The notes beneath the pieces are model-generated. The model was not told the origin of the DNA and did no database searches. It saw nothing but the letters and a program-made list of their open reading frames with translations. This document shows, piece by piece, positions 48,273 to 62,148 of a DNA stretch of 64,000 bases. Positions within the stretch are counted from its first letter, which is position 1. Each line of letters starts with the position of its first letter. The stretch is from Lytechinus pictus (Eukaryota). The position numbers and the translations under genes are program-made. The DNA lies in contig NC_087251.1 in NCBI RefSeq assembly GCF_037042905.1, forward strand, positions 32,242,001 through 32,306,000, given 5' to 3'.

Positions 48273-49639
48273 TTGGCAAAATAATTCTAAAATTTAGCCC
48301 AATGTCATTCGCAGATGAACAGCATGAACTTACATTTCAGATTTTTCAAGTGCATTTCAGAAATAGACCTACATGTACCATAATTCATTCTTAACCAAGG
48401 TGAAAATTTCATCATTATCGGGTGTAAAATGAGAACGTTATGGCATTTCAAAGTTTAGCATAATTCTGCAGTATGTCATTTCCGAAATATCTTTATACTT
48501 TTTCCTCATTATGATGCTGAACAGGGAATGGATCCTCTTAGAATGCATGGAATTGCTACTGTTGCAATATACATGCATTGTTATGCAATTAAAATTAATT
48601 CTTGTAAAATCTGCGGAAATTGAAATATCCTGTTTCATATAATAAAATACAAAAGAAATCGTGTGTGACATTATCGACTCTCTCATTTACATGTGAACCC
48701 TTTGTGCATATAATTGTTTCTTGAAATATATAAAGCGAAAATTCATAATTTAACAACTTTGTTATTGTACATCCGATTTTATGAAATCTCAGCATTATGC
48801 TTGTTCGAGTTTTCTCTATTTATTAAAATGCATTAAAAATTTATTAAAGCATATCAGACGATAGTTTCCCAACAAATGAACCAAGAAATTAAGCAAACTG
48901 GACTTTCAGTATTGTTATTCTTAATTCATTAATGAAACATTCAGAACGACATTGTTTCTTTTACTTCCCAGGAAGAATATAAAAAGTGTAACCCATTTAA
49001 AAACAGGTCTGGTGGATTGTTTGCCTTATTACAGAGTTTTCCTTATATTTGATGAATTTACCTTCGAGAAGGTGTAAGTATAAACAAATGTTCTGTACTT
49101 CTGCACTTAATTTTGAGCCAAAACGCAATTTCTTGCGGTTTTTTGCCCATGAAACAAAACAAAATTACACTGAAATTAAATGGTAGAAAATGATCAAAAA
49201 CTTAATATTGATGAACAGTTTCTATTTTTTTCTTAAATTTCTATGTCTACAGATTTGGAGTATACAAAATTGAGAGATAATAAAGGCCTAATCTTTTAGC
49301 AACGGTAATATTTTAAACCTTTAACCTATACACGTGCTGTAAAAATCGTGAGATGGATCAAAGTGCCCGATCTAAAAAATGTTGAATTTCTAACCCTTAA
49401 ATCTTTATTAAAACTTGTGCATTCACCATTTGTATTTTAAAGATTAAGATTTTTATTCTTGTCTCAATTTCCTTTCTCTTCTGCGTTTTCTGTGCCCAAA
49501 ATTGTTACTATCGGGTAGGCTCAGTGGCGTACGCAGGGGCCCTGGGGTGGTTATATGTGTTCAAACCCCCTTCAATGAACTGATTTGGTAGATGAGTTTC
49601 GTTCCATTCTTTGTTTTACAATCAGAGTATACCTAGCAG

Positions 49640-50100
49640 CCGGGGGGGGGGCAGTCAAATATATCGCTGTACACATGCGTGACAAAAAAAAAAACGCGTT
49701 TAAAGGGGTGTTTTTTTTTCAGTTTTGAACGCGGGCCGCGCGTGCACTCGTTAATGATATAAAAAAACACAAATTTTCAAGAAAAAGGGTGGTTTTCATG
49801 GTTTTAAAAGACTGGTCAATGATCAATCGTGGGGTCAAACGTATTCAGAGTATTTTTTTAAAGCTTTTTTTTTAAAGACTAGCCAAATTTGTCATTAGGG
49901 TATATTTTTCCCCAAACTTTTTCCCCGGGGTCATATTCTGGCGACAACTTGTTTAAGGGCCAAAATGTTTAAATCAGTAAAGCCCGCGAAAAACTTGTTT
50001 AGGGGGTTACTTTGCACACAGAGAAAAAAACTCGTTAAGGGGGTGTTTGGAAATAATTTGGTCACGCATGTGTACAGCAATACATTTGACTGCCCCCGGG
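49640..50100. mobile_element. MITE with CC(C)GGGGG termini and 8-bp TSD
   Basis: TIR core gcagtcaaat...gctgtacacatgcgtgac; TSD CCTAGCAG (49632-49639, 50101-50108). Confidence 0.88.
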
Positions 50101-51297
50101 CCTAGCAGTCTCATTTCCCTTTCAAAAATTGTTTGCTTTTCCTCACTTTTTTGTGTGCGTTGTAAACAGCGCGAGCTTGAAGTGGGGGGGGGGGGGGGTG
50201 AGACAGTAATTTTTGCCCTAAATATCAGATATGGGTATGGGCAAGTTAGAGAAGGAAACACGTTAATCGAATTTTTCTTTTCTCTCTTGCAGACTGTTCT
50301 AACAATGCCGAATATCTTACCATCATAGATTTGAGATTGTTTTTCTTTATAGGATGCAGTTAAGCCCTTAACGTTCTCGAGAACATTCCGGTCATGTAAT
50401 ATTAAGTTCTTCGGACTCAGACCGGCAGAAGACCCTCTGGATCCTTGATCAACCCTTACCATGATGGGACCATGGAGCTACTAACGGTAGTAGCTCCATG
50501 ATGAGACTGCACCGGGTGAACTGTTGTCCAATCATGATATCGGCATGTGCTCATCAGGGAAATGTTTGTGAGAATTCCCTGGGCTCATCTTCGGCCGAAG
50601 TACACCGTCCACACCCTTTCCCTTCTCATAATGGTAAAACTTCGGGGACGCAGCGACATCTGACTCTCATCTCACTACAAGATGCCCAGATGCCTTCCAA
50701 GCAACATTCTGCTATCCACCTGGCCCGCCATCATCTCCTGAAGAAAACCTGCTCCATTCCTCGCTGGTCAGGCCAATTCATGGGTGATGTGTATACTCGA
50801 GCGTTGGCTCAGGATATTGTAGAAGTCCTGATCGACACCAGGTCAATTGTTGCACTGATAGAGAACAATAGAAAATAAAATAAATGAAACAGACATGTAT
50901 ATACGTATACTATGTATATCGTTTCCCTTCTATTCAACACAATAACAGCCCCCCCCCCCCCATGGGCGCAGGCTGCATGAGGGTGCACGTGCTCTCCCTA
51001 CAGAGTCATAACAGTTCCAGCCTAATAGAAAAAAATGAGAAAAGAATGAAATATAAAGAACCCTCAAAACGAACACGAAAACAAACAAAAACAACGATAT
51101 ATTCTTTTCTTTATGTTAACCATTTAAAGAATCTGTTCCTAATCCTAATATCTGATTGGTAGAAAGTTGAAACAGTGCCGCGGCTATCATCTTGGTCATT
51201 CCTGCAAAATGTAACAACCTCACAGGAGCTCAGGCGCTGCCTGGGCGGGACTGATTTTTAAATAAGAAACTTGATGCGATCCCCAAAGATTGTTGAC

Positions 51298-51531
51298 CAT
51301 TGGCGGCGAAGGCCAAAAAATTTTAGGGGGGGGGACCACAAAATTTTTTTGACAAGCTAAAAAAAAAAAAAAAGGGTCAACAAAAAATTTTAGGGGGAAC
51401 GCTGGAAAAAAAATTGATAAGCAAAAAAAAAAAAAAAAAAGGTTATCAACAAAAATTTAGGGGGAGGCCGTCCCCCCACCTAAAATTTAGGGGGGGGGGC
51501 ACGTCCCCCCCCCCCGCTTCCGCCGCCTATG
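51298..51531. mobile_element. hAT-like MITE
   Basis: cattggcggcg / cgccgcctatg; 8-bp TSD TTGTTGAC. Confidence 0.85.
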
Positions 51532-52499
51532 TTGTTGACCCTATACTCTTTCAACTCTGACTTAATGAACTATTGTCAAAATTGCATATTAGACACATCG
51601 GCAATATCAAGACCTCTTTGTCACATTGTTGAAGTTAATTCAGCCTGTATTGCAAATACGTTCAATTATTGATATTTATTCCACCATTATGCACTAAGTG
51701 AGATACATTATAATAAGTGTTAATTTGATAATTAAGGTTCAATGGAATACATACAGCTTATAGTACATAAACATAGTTATTATTAGATAACATTCAGCAG
51801 AATAAAGAACATGAAAATTAATATGATACACACCGGCTGTGATTTCCAGGAATAGGTACTATATTGCAATGTAACATTTCAAGTGCAAGGCTACATAGTG
51901 ATATAATTATTCCCCAAAAAAGTGGTTTTGTGCAGCTGTGCAGATTGAGGTTGTTCCCTTTGATTTTATATTTTCTAGGATTTTTTTTGTTTTTATAGCA
52001 TTGGTGTAAAATAATGAGTTTAAAATGAATTTATAGGCCTTGTTTTCAATAACATGAATAATCTATTCTTGCAGTTCTGGGTAAATAATGTAGGCCTATC
52101 TTTAAATAATGATCCGTTGTATAATATTATTACTTAATCTGCAGGTTTTCTTTCAATATATCACTCCGTGCTATTATAGCATATTTAATGTTACTGACAA
52201 GTTTATAAGAATTATAAAGAAATTATTGTTATAGAATGTTATTGTCATAAATATCATCGCTAACGTATTCATACTGATATAAGTTTATCTCATGAATGCC
52301 ATTTCCAGGCTAGTCGGTACCAAATTGAAACACCTATACTTAACCTCCACAATGAAAGAATACCTTATTGTGTGATATCTGTTCTAATTTCCACTACTTT
52401 AATTCCACCTCCTTAAAATGTGCACCTCCCTTTTCCCAGTCCTTACCTTAGACTTAGTTTTATTTTTACAAACAATATGAGGTATTTCGTAAGGCTTAA

Positions 52500-53878
52500 A
52501 TACACAATGCGAGGCGAAGCGCGGGCACAAATTTTGGGATATTTCAGTATTAGGCCCAGAAAATTGAAAATTTCTGAGCAGTTCTTCATTCTGATACGTA
52601 TAAAACTAAACAATCAATGTGAGCGCGAAGCACGAGCTGATTTTTTTTTCATTATAATCAGGTCTGCTTTCAGTGACTCATGAAGAGGAAACATAATTAT
52701 CTCATCAATCAGCCGATGCGAGCAAGAAACGCAAGCTGAAAATGTTGATATTCCGACCTGAAAACTGGACATTCTCAGCAGAATTTGTAACCACGAACAG
52801 AATAGCACTGGTATCGAATAATAATTGATGCGAGCACAAAGCGCGAGCTGAAAATTTACGACATCCCGACCTGAAAATTTAACAGTTGGAACAAGTTTTC
52901 GATAAAGAGCAATGTATTTCAACAGCAAAAATGTCGAGCGCAAAGCGCAAGCTGATTTTTTTAAAATAAGATTTAGACCTATTAAAGATTGGACATTCTG
53001 TGCACTTTTTAAAACCATGAGAATGATGGGAGCGCGAAGCACGAGCTGACAGATTTTTTAAAGGACGTTTTTATATTAAGGAAAAGCTGTGGTTCTCAAT
53101 AAACAATGTGAGCGCGAAGCGCGAGATTTTTTCATACTGACCCGAAAGATAACCCTTTTAGCACTGCTTAACATGTATATGTAAGAAAAGTGCAAAGAGG
53201 ATACGGATCTCATTAGTGAGCGCGAAGCACAAGCTTAATTTTGGGGGGATATAGACCTAAAAAGGGACATTCTAAGCACCATTTTTTAATCATGGACAGG
53301 ATAGGAATCAACTGAACAATTGATGCGAGCACGAAATTTTAGATATTCCGACCTGAAAACTGGATATGTTTTTAATGAAGAACAAAGTACACGATCGTGA
53401 AGTGTGAACTATTCATTTTTCATATATTAATACCTACATGTACATGGACATTCAAAGCAATTTTTGTTAACATGAACAGGATAGATTAATGAAATAATTC
53501 TCGCGGGTTGATTTTTTTTATATTCCGACCTGACAAAGTGGAAAGTATAAGGATATTTGATGAGAACGTGATATGTATCTCAATAACCATTTTTTTTTTT
53601 TTCGTTAGATTTAGACCTAAAAACAACACATTTCATCTATGCACTTTTTGTATCGTAAAATTGATATGTATCTTCCTAAATGAAAGATGCGATATTTTCT
53701 CTGTCTCTTTCTTTCCCTTTTCTCCTTCTCTCTCCTCCCTTCCCCTTCTTCTTTCCTCTTTTACCCTTCATTTTTTCTTCTCGTCCTTTTCTTCATTTTC
53801 CCGACGGGAGCGCAGATTTACTGATAGTCCGAGTTATCGGGGGGGGGGGGGGGGTAAGCGCCACCGCCCTGCTCCTGA
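52500..53878. mobile_element. Truncated hAT-like MITE with GCGCGAAGCGCGAGC repeats
   Basis: Same recurring motif as 7772-8949, ending in a CT-rich tract and G-run. Confidence 0.65.
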
Positions 53879-54656
53879 ATAGCTGAGCCACAAACTAATT
53901 CAGTGAAAAGCTATTTTTTCCCTTTCAATAACACCTGGGATAGGCCCTGCACACTTGAAATAGGCAAACGTCAATATACCTATACTTTAGTATGCTCTGA
54001 CTTTAACATGCGCCGGTGACCGTGGTTTTCTTCGAACATTTTTAAAAGGTTCCTTATGGTTATGTTTTAACACTGAACATTAAGATAATTATTTCACTTA
54101 CCTGCATGGTCACCACCAAACTATGTTTGCATCAAATCACTTCCTGAAGTTTCTATCCTTTCCTCTGTCTCACATGCAGTAATACCAGGAAAAGAAAATC
54201 TGTCGGATGTCTTGTTATTTGAGAGCACAAGACTGTCATTTACTCCTCACAGCCTTTACGCCGAGGTTGTTGTTGTTTTTGCTTGCCGTGTATTTCTGTT
54301 TGAAAAATCCATTCACTCTCGCCTGCTCCACTCCGCTATTCAAACTTTCCCGCTCATTGTGTGCTCGTGTTTCGCTCCAGTGCACGACAGTGGTGGTCAA
54401 TTGGATGGTCATGGGTCGTTTTGCTAATGAACTCGAAGTAATTGTCTCGGTCAATGTCTTTTCAATAAAATTCAACGCTTCATGTTTCTAAATAGCTTGA
54501 TCAATGTTCATGAATAGAAGACCCCCCCCCCAAAAAAAAAAAAAATAAATAACGAAAGATTGGAGTGCAGTAAGAATTATGCATGTTTAGTCCAATTGAA
54601 TCCTTAAAAAAAAGGCTGGTATTACGAGAACGCTCTGTTTCGATGATTTTTTTTAA

Positions 54657-55072
54657 AGGTCAAGTCCACCCAGAAAAATGTTGATTTGAATAAATAGTGA
54701 AAAATCAAACTAGCATAACGCTGAAAATTTCACCAAAATCGGATATAAAATAGGAAAGTTATGGCAGTTTAAAGTTTTGCTTATTTTTCACAAAACGTTG
54801 ATATGCACAACTCGGTGTAATGCAAATGAGTCAGTCGATGATGTCCATCACTCACTATTTCTTTTGTGTCTTATTGTTTGAATTATACAATATTTCATTT
54901 TTTTACAGATTTGACAATAAGGACCAACTTGACTCAACCCTATAGTATTAAACAACTTTAAAATGTCATAACTTTCTTATTTTACATCCGATTTTGATGA
55001 AATTTTCAGTGTTATGCTAGTTGGATTTTTCTTTTTTATTCAAATCAACTTTCTGTTGGGGTGGACTGTCCT
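54657..55072. mobile_element. Kolobok-like palindromic MITE
   Basis: TTAA|aggtcaagtccacc ... ggtggactgtcct|TTAA. Confidence 0.85.
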
Positions 55073-55164
55073 TTAATTTGAAAAAACCCCGCTTCCTTGC
55101 GATATTCTAGAGTTTGAACGCTTGTCTCATAATCATGATTTTCTAATGTCATGTAGGGCCTATA

Positions 55165-55896
55165 CAGTGCGTCCCAGAAAAAACGAAACCGAGATTTAGC
55201 GATGATTTATCATAACTTAATCAAAAATAAAATAGACAAATGACCTACCAATGTAAAGCTTAGAATCTCCTCTTTCATCTGATATTGATTAGATTATTCC
55301 TCATTCACGCATGAGTGAGCAAAAACAATTTGAAGGAAGGATACCAAAAACTCATTTGGCGGGGGGTATATGAATTTCAAAAAGAAAATCACATGTCTTA
55401 AAAGTTCAAAAAAAATTAATTTCATTAAATAAACTGTTTTCACCGGTTTCCCACAGAAGCTATCGCATGGAAAAGACTTAATGCATGGCTGATCGTAAAC
55501 AAAACTGAGTGTCGAGTGAGTTTGAACGCTAGCCTGTAAAACCTCTTAATTTTATGAAATTATTAAAATTCAAGCCTTATTTCAAATAACCAGAACTTTG
55601 TTATTTCTTGACCATTTTATGTAATTGAGGTATCAAATTAAAGAGCAGATATTGAACTTTTTTAAAATGTGGTTTTCCTTTTGAAAGCTATATACAACCC
55701 GCCAAATGACTTCATGGTATCCCCTCTTCAAATTATTTTTGCTCACTCATGCGTGAAGGAGAAATAATCTAATTAATATCAGATGAAAGAGGAGATTCTA
55801 AGCTTTACATTGGTAGGTCATTTGTTTATTTTATTTGTGATTAAGTTATGATAAATCATCGCTAAATCTCGGTTTCGTTTTTTCTGGGACGCACTG
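55165..55896. mobile_element. Tc1/mariner-type MITE with long (~200 bp) inverted arms
   Basis: TA|cagtgcgtcccagaaaaaacgaaaccgagatttagcgatg with a near-perfect inverse at the right end, followed by TA. Confidence 0.92.
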
Positions 55897-56344
55897 TATA
55901 GGTATAAAAGTTTACAAGGCCTAGCCCTATTGATGTGCGAAATGAGCACGAACCAGAAATAATTTACTTCATACTAAAACGTTTTGTTTCATAACATTAC
56001 TTTACTATTTATTGATTTGTTTCAGGTAAGATAGATAATAGTAGCCTGAGAAAAATCTGATAAATGAAACAAATACTTTAGGAAGAAAACGTATATTTAA
56101 GATAGGACAGTTTATACTCAGTAAAAATAGAATAACCTTGCTTTAAAGTGGGATTTAATGTCATGAATGTGGGAATATATAAACATTACAGTAAAAACTT
56201 TGGATTTAGGAATAGTACCGACGATAACTTAATAAATCAAGCTGAAATCAAGGGTCTGACATGAATTTGCGAAATGTTGCGCAATATTAGAACCGCTTAC
56301 GAACCCGGAGGTCGCAAATTTGGTCTCAAAAATTGCGCCAGCTA

Positions 56345-56857
56345 CGGGGGGGGGGGGGGGGGCTGAAAAGTTTTGAGCCTAACATAAAAATAATCAAGAT
56401 ATAAAGACCAAATCTGGGCCATAAAATCTGTCATATTTCTTTATCCTACCCACAAAATTTATTGGCCATATAGCAATATCTAAGGGTTCTTAGAATTTCT
56501 GTATCAGGTGTCTCATGAAAAATGGACAAACCTTACCGAGCTGTCATCAAGTCTCTGCACCTGAAGTGCATGACCACAGCTGAAACTTGGCACTCTCTGA
56601 CGGTAACCCATCCAATTACTTGGAACGATCATCCCGAGACCGAGGAGCAGTCAAAGCAATGGATGCATCCCCCAAAGAAGGCCAACTCAAGTTTGTCCAT
56701 TTTTCATTAATTAATAGACACTATGATACAAGAACCTGAAAAATCAGATTAAATATTGCAATGAAAAAGGAATTTAGTTGGTAGGATTAAAAAACGTGAA
56801 AGATTTAAATGATTAAATTTTGTCTTCATATCTTAATCCCTTCTATGTTGGGCTCAA
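56345..56857 (+). mobile_element. Internally deleted mariner with transposase fragments
   Basis: TA|cggg...gctgaaaagttttgagcctaacat terminus, inverse atgttgggctcaaa. ORF 56522-56710 joins an N-terminal YRAVIK.LHLK to T.ETW...PET.EQSKQW.HPPKKA. Confidence 0.75.
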
Positions 56858-57567
56858 ATGTCGATGGGGCTGAATCAACACCTCACACTCATTATGGTTA
56901 AGTCCAGTTGTAGCATTTTCTTTTCAATATCATTAGATAAATCATGACAGATAAAATCATAATTTACTGTGACAGTAACCCCGCAACGTTTCCCCTTCAA
57001 GTCCGTCTGTATAGATATCGGTAGGACCTATACCCAAAGATGTGACTATCACTATTCCAATCCATTACCAGATCATTTGAATGTGTAATCCCGAAAATCG
57101 TTATAATTTGGAGGATATGTAATGAAAAAAAGTGTTATACAGGATAAACGTTTTGCATGCCCAATCAAAATAGAATATCTGCGTGTGTTCCATTTGATAT
57201 CAAACGTATTCCAAAGTATGGACTCCTGCATGGACTGGACTGAAATTTTTATGACGTAATCTTTGCCTGTAGCTTAATTTGTGAGATAAATACTTAAAGA
57301 GCCCTTTTAAAGTAGAATATAAATATTGCATAGAGAGGGCGCTAGATATGTTTGATTTGAATGTTTAAATTTTTCACTGGGGATTTGCGGCTTAAAAAAA
57401 CCCCGGCTACTATGAGTTTTTTAGATTGGAATGTTAGATAATATTCAAGTATAATTCGCATTATTGACCCTTCACCAAAGCTAAATATATATATATATAT
57501 ATCTACACAAATACAGCAAAACAAAATCAATCATCACATCTGTGCAATCTGCAGTGGTAACAAACAA

Positions 57568-60500
57568 TTTATTAAAACTCTTGGCAAAATTAATTCACAC
57601 TTCTATTCTGTTGCATATGAATTTCTGGACATATTCAAATACTTTTTATATAATACTAGTATATGTACACTTTCAAGATTGAAAAACAAATGTCCAATCC
57701 TCATTACAAATATTTGTATTGATGAATATGACTTTTATTGATAATTTAATGTTTATATAAGAAACCATTAATGTTTATATTTATGACCCTTAAATTATGA
57801 TTAAAGTGAAACGTATTGGCTTGAAACAACATAACAAGCAGTCGAATAACCAACATAATTGAAATAAAAAAATGAAAGAAATTTTCAAATTACCTAATCT
57901 ATCCCAATTTCAAGAAATTATTTTATTTGAGGGGGTTATTTGTTTACAACTCAATTAAATCGTGGAAAAATTGACGGTTCAATCGGTCTCAAAATCATAT
58001 GAATGCTTATAGTGTCATGCTTCGAATTGATGTTTTTGAAAATACATTCATAAATCAAGTATTCATGATCCTGTTTGCATTATATCTGAAATTCTATAGA
58101 GCTTTATCAATAATCATGTGTAATGAAGTTTTGACACTGGTATAACTAGTTTATATTCATAAGGTATAACTAGAGTTTATATTCATAACTGTTAAAAGAA
58201 TAGCAACTCTCGTATTATCCCGGAAGTTTTTAAAATAATTTTTTCATCATTCTTGACCTTGTTCCCCTCCATGAAACCACAAGCGGTAAATATTCATTTG
58301 CACCATCGAAAATGTTTTACCTCAAATTTCTGTTCATTAATTTCCTATATCCTCCTAGAATTATCTTTAGACTCTGATGAAGGTCACTCTTTCATATTAA
58401 AATATAAATTTCTCTATCTTTATTGAAGCTTTCTCCATTTGCCCACTTCTAAAGTTGGGAAATAACATATAGTATTCGCGGGACAGGATTGAAAACTGTT
58501 AGTGATGGATACATCCATGCAATCAAAATTTTACTCTCTTGATAAAATACTTCAAACTGTATTGCCAAAATGAATCACATATTGTGAAATAAATATAAAA
58601 ATATATAAACTTAAAAAAAAAAAAAACAAGAGGAGAATTATGTTTTCACTACTCCAGTATTGCCTCCTTTAAAACACAATGCTTAGGGATGGATAGACCA
58701 TGTAGACGGTATAATTTTTGTTTTCAAGCAATTCTCGTAATTATTCTAATCTCTCTCATTCCTTAATTCTAAAATACCTGTATTAATTTTATCAAAGATT
58801 ATCATTGTGATATATTTGACCCTCTGACAACACATTTGTTCTACGATGCTTTTTTGGTCTAGAAATTATTTTTTTTTTACATTGTTTGTCTACGTAACGA
58901 GGAAAAATGACAAGCAATATGTACACTTCCAAGTTAATGACCTTTTCAAAATACTTTTTCTATACTTCCTACAATACTAATCGAAATTGCAAATGGTCAA
59001 TCGTTCTTAAAGATCAGAACATTTGTTATTCAAACGGTAGAGACTGTGGTAATAGTGGTCTCCATGGGAATGCAAACTATTTTGTAATGCACCTATTCCA
59101 TACAGCTGGCTACCAAACACATCGCTGCATTTAATTCACAAGATTTCTTAACAACATTTTCTGAACATGAATACAAATTTCCAAGCACAATATATCCACA
59201 ATAACATGAATAATACAGTCGAAGTTTATTGGGCACTATTTACACGAATAATATATTGCTGTTGTAAGTTTTCACCATATAAAAACATTAATATTGTTGC
59301 GCGTCAGTTCTTGTTCATTCTCCCCAAACCACTCATTTAATAAATTTTAAGAATAAATGTAAACGCTGAACATTGATGTACAACCATATTGTAAGTTTTG
59401 TGTTCATAACACTGACAAATTCGCGGGGAATAAGTGGGACTTATCTCGCTCATTCATTTTAATCGAAATAGCGTGAATTCTACAAAGAAAATCACACTAA
59501 ATATTTCATCCGTCATTAAATAAAAAAAATACAAGGGGTTCTCATCAGAAAAAAAAGTACTCTCAAACATTATCTTGTGTGTACAACGAAGAACATATAT
59601 GTCCCCAAATAAAGTTAGGAAAACAGAAATCCTGCATGTGCACTAGTTTAAATCATGATGCGTAAGTCTTCGTCAAATTCAATTAGGGTGAAAAGAATAA
59701 AGCGAATCTACCGCGCTCATTTAACGTCTGCGAAGGCCATCGCCCTCCAAGTGATACTGCTAATGACATTAAGTTACAAACGTACATTCTTTGGGTTACA
59801 ATTTGTACATCATAATGCAAATGAAACATTTCCTTTTCATTCAAAAAAGCAAGGCATTATTCTGGGTGGGGTCATGACCTCATTTTTTTTTCATTTGCTT
59901 TAAAAATTTGCTTCACTTTAAACATAATTGTTTAAAACGATATCATCTTCATATGGCAGTTGAAAAACATTTTAAAATACGGTTTTCAATTGAATTTACC
60001 ACAATAGTAATATAACACATTGATTCAAATCTTGTTTGATAAAGGACATACATGACCTTTAATAAATGATAAATATTTTCTTTAAACCATTTCCCCGCAT
60101 AATTTATAAAATGAAGTTCATAAGTGTTATTGTTCAAGCCAATTCGCTTCCCTAACAACTCTTTGAACATAAAAAGAAGGAGAGGGCGTACGAAAATGAG
60201 AGGAACAGATTGAAGAGTGGAGGGGGGGGGGCGAAGAGAACGGGACAAATAAAAAAAATGCCAGTCAGTGAATGATTTTAGAGATACATCTTAAAATAAT
60301 TCAATTCTAAAAATAAATTTTATTTGTCGGGCAGGGAATAAAAACGCTTAAAATGAGAGCGGGTTTCCCCCTAAGAGCTCAGGAAATTCATGCTACATAA
60401 ATTTTGACCCTTGTCAGTGTGGTTCGCTGGAATGATAGAATTTTCTTTTGGTCACTGAGGGTTGAGGGGCATACATTGAAAGCACACAGGACTCTCACGT

Positions 60501-62148
60501 CATGACTACAAGATATCTCCATATATCAAGGTAGAATCACTAGCGTACAGCTGGGAAAGGGGGGTGGGGCTTGCTTTCACGACCAAGACAAAAAAGGAAA
60601 TGATAGGAAAGGGAAGGGATATAGTAGAATATTAGGCCTATATGATATTCTGAATATCATGTCAAAATCTATTTTAAAAATTGACGTTTGTATTGAAAAA
60701 AAAGGTCAAAAATGTTGCTCGCTCGACTTGCCGACTTTGCATCTCTTTATTAATTTTGCTCCACCCACCATTCTGGCCCCCTCAATTTTTTGGGGCACAT
60801 TACGCCACAGATAAAAGAAAAGTAACAGAGGTGACTCGGAACCAAGTGATTTACAGTATCTTATTATGTAAAAAGGAAGATAGAGAAAGAGAGGGGGGGT
60901 GAAGAAAGAATGATGGAACAAAGAGTGAATGAGGTTTCGGAGGATAGAAAGAAGGTTTGATATTTCATATCGAAATAAAAGCAGGGCGGTTAGAAGTAGA
61001 AAAATACCAGAGAAAAAAATGACGCATTACATAAGATGAAAATTATAGACTTTAAAAAATAATTAATTTATCAACATTGAAAACAAATTAAATGCAGTGT
61101 TTTAAAATCTACAATGGTCCAATATAATCCGGTGATTAAGAAACCATTTTGTGACAGAACCCCCCCCCCTCCTGCCTATTATTGATGTTAAAGTGTCAGT
61201 GGCATTGAGACAACCCCATTTCCGAGATGATTGATGCCCAAGCCAGCCTCTTCAAGATGATGAGTCACATAGGAGTAGTGGAGAAAAGGCTGAAGTTTCA
61301 TGAGTATGTTGATGTCATTAAAATAAACCTCAGAATCTACCGAAGTAGGCGGTAACATAAGCAGCGGTATCACCAAATTAGTTTTTGTAGACCTTCCCCG
61401 TTGCAGACGATGCGGTATATGCCTTGTCCGAAACCAATTAACTCTTGTAAACATCTGACAATGATCCACTTTTCTATAAGATGAATGGTTATCCTCTGAA
61501 GTTTCTTTCCATTCCATAGAGTCAAGGAATCATCGCTGCCAAATTGTTTTCATCGCGACTTTTTCCTGCGCATTTTTTTTCGCGGTCATACGTTTCCATC
61601 GCGATAATATTGCTATGAAGCGATTGACTGACGGAAGGAAATTTCAGTTCATCGACTTTCCTTGTCAAGGCTAATGATGATGAATCAGTTGTCTTCTAAA
61701 ACTGGGAGTTCATTCTCCGATCAACAACTGATCACCTCCTTCCATTTTATCTGATTTATGACAACAACAAAAAAGATACACACATAAACAGCTGAATAGT
61801 TGCATTTCCAAAGGAGAATCAGAAGATCGTACTCCAAAATGGATCACTCGCACAAGAGCAGGTCGGTCTTTAATGCAAATCCTGCATCGCAATCTTGAAG
61901 TTTCCACATCCATACACCACGCTGCACATGCCATAATATTGAATTCATAAGTCGAATTCTCTTGTCTATTCTCCGATATGACATCATAGCATGGAGTTGG
62001 TTTTACTTTTAATTCAGTATAATATTGTCTTTAATAAGAAACATTGGGCAGAGCTGTTTGACATGCCGAGCATTTCATTCGGTGAAAGATGACGTACACT
62101 GTAGGGACTGGAATCGGCTAGCATTCGCCCATCAAGTTAGTCTGTCAA
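57568..62148 (-). other. Probable terminal exon / long 3' UTR of a minus-strand gene whose coding exons lie beyond the window
   Basis: Strong acceptor (tttatttacttcatctccccccag) at 62149 with stops within 6 codons in all frames; TE-poor sequence; AATAAA at 57568-57573 followed by a GU/U-rich tract. Confidence 0.4.

Noticed and set aside
47128..48394. Cluster of ORFs up to 153 aa
   Set aside because: They arise from CpG-rich non-autonomous element sequence on both strands with no domain resemblance.
61188..61934. ORFs of 109 and 74 aa on the minus strand
   Set aside because: No recognisable domain; they lie downstream of stops in a probable 3' UTR.
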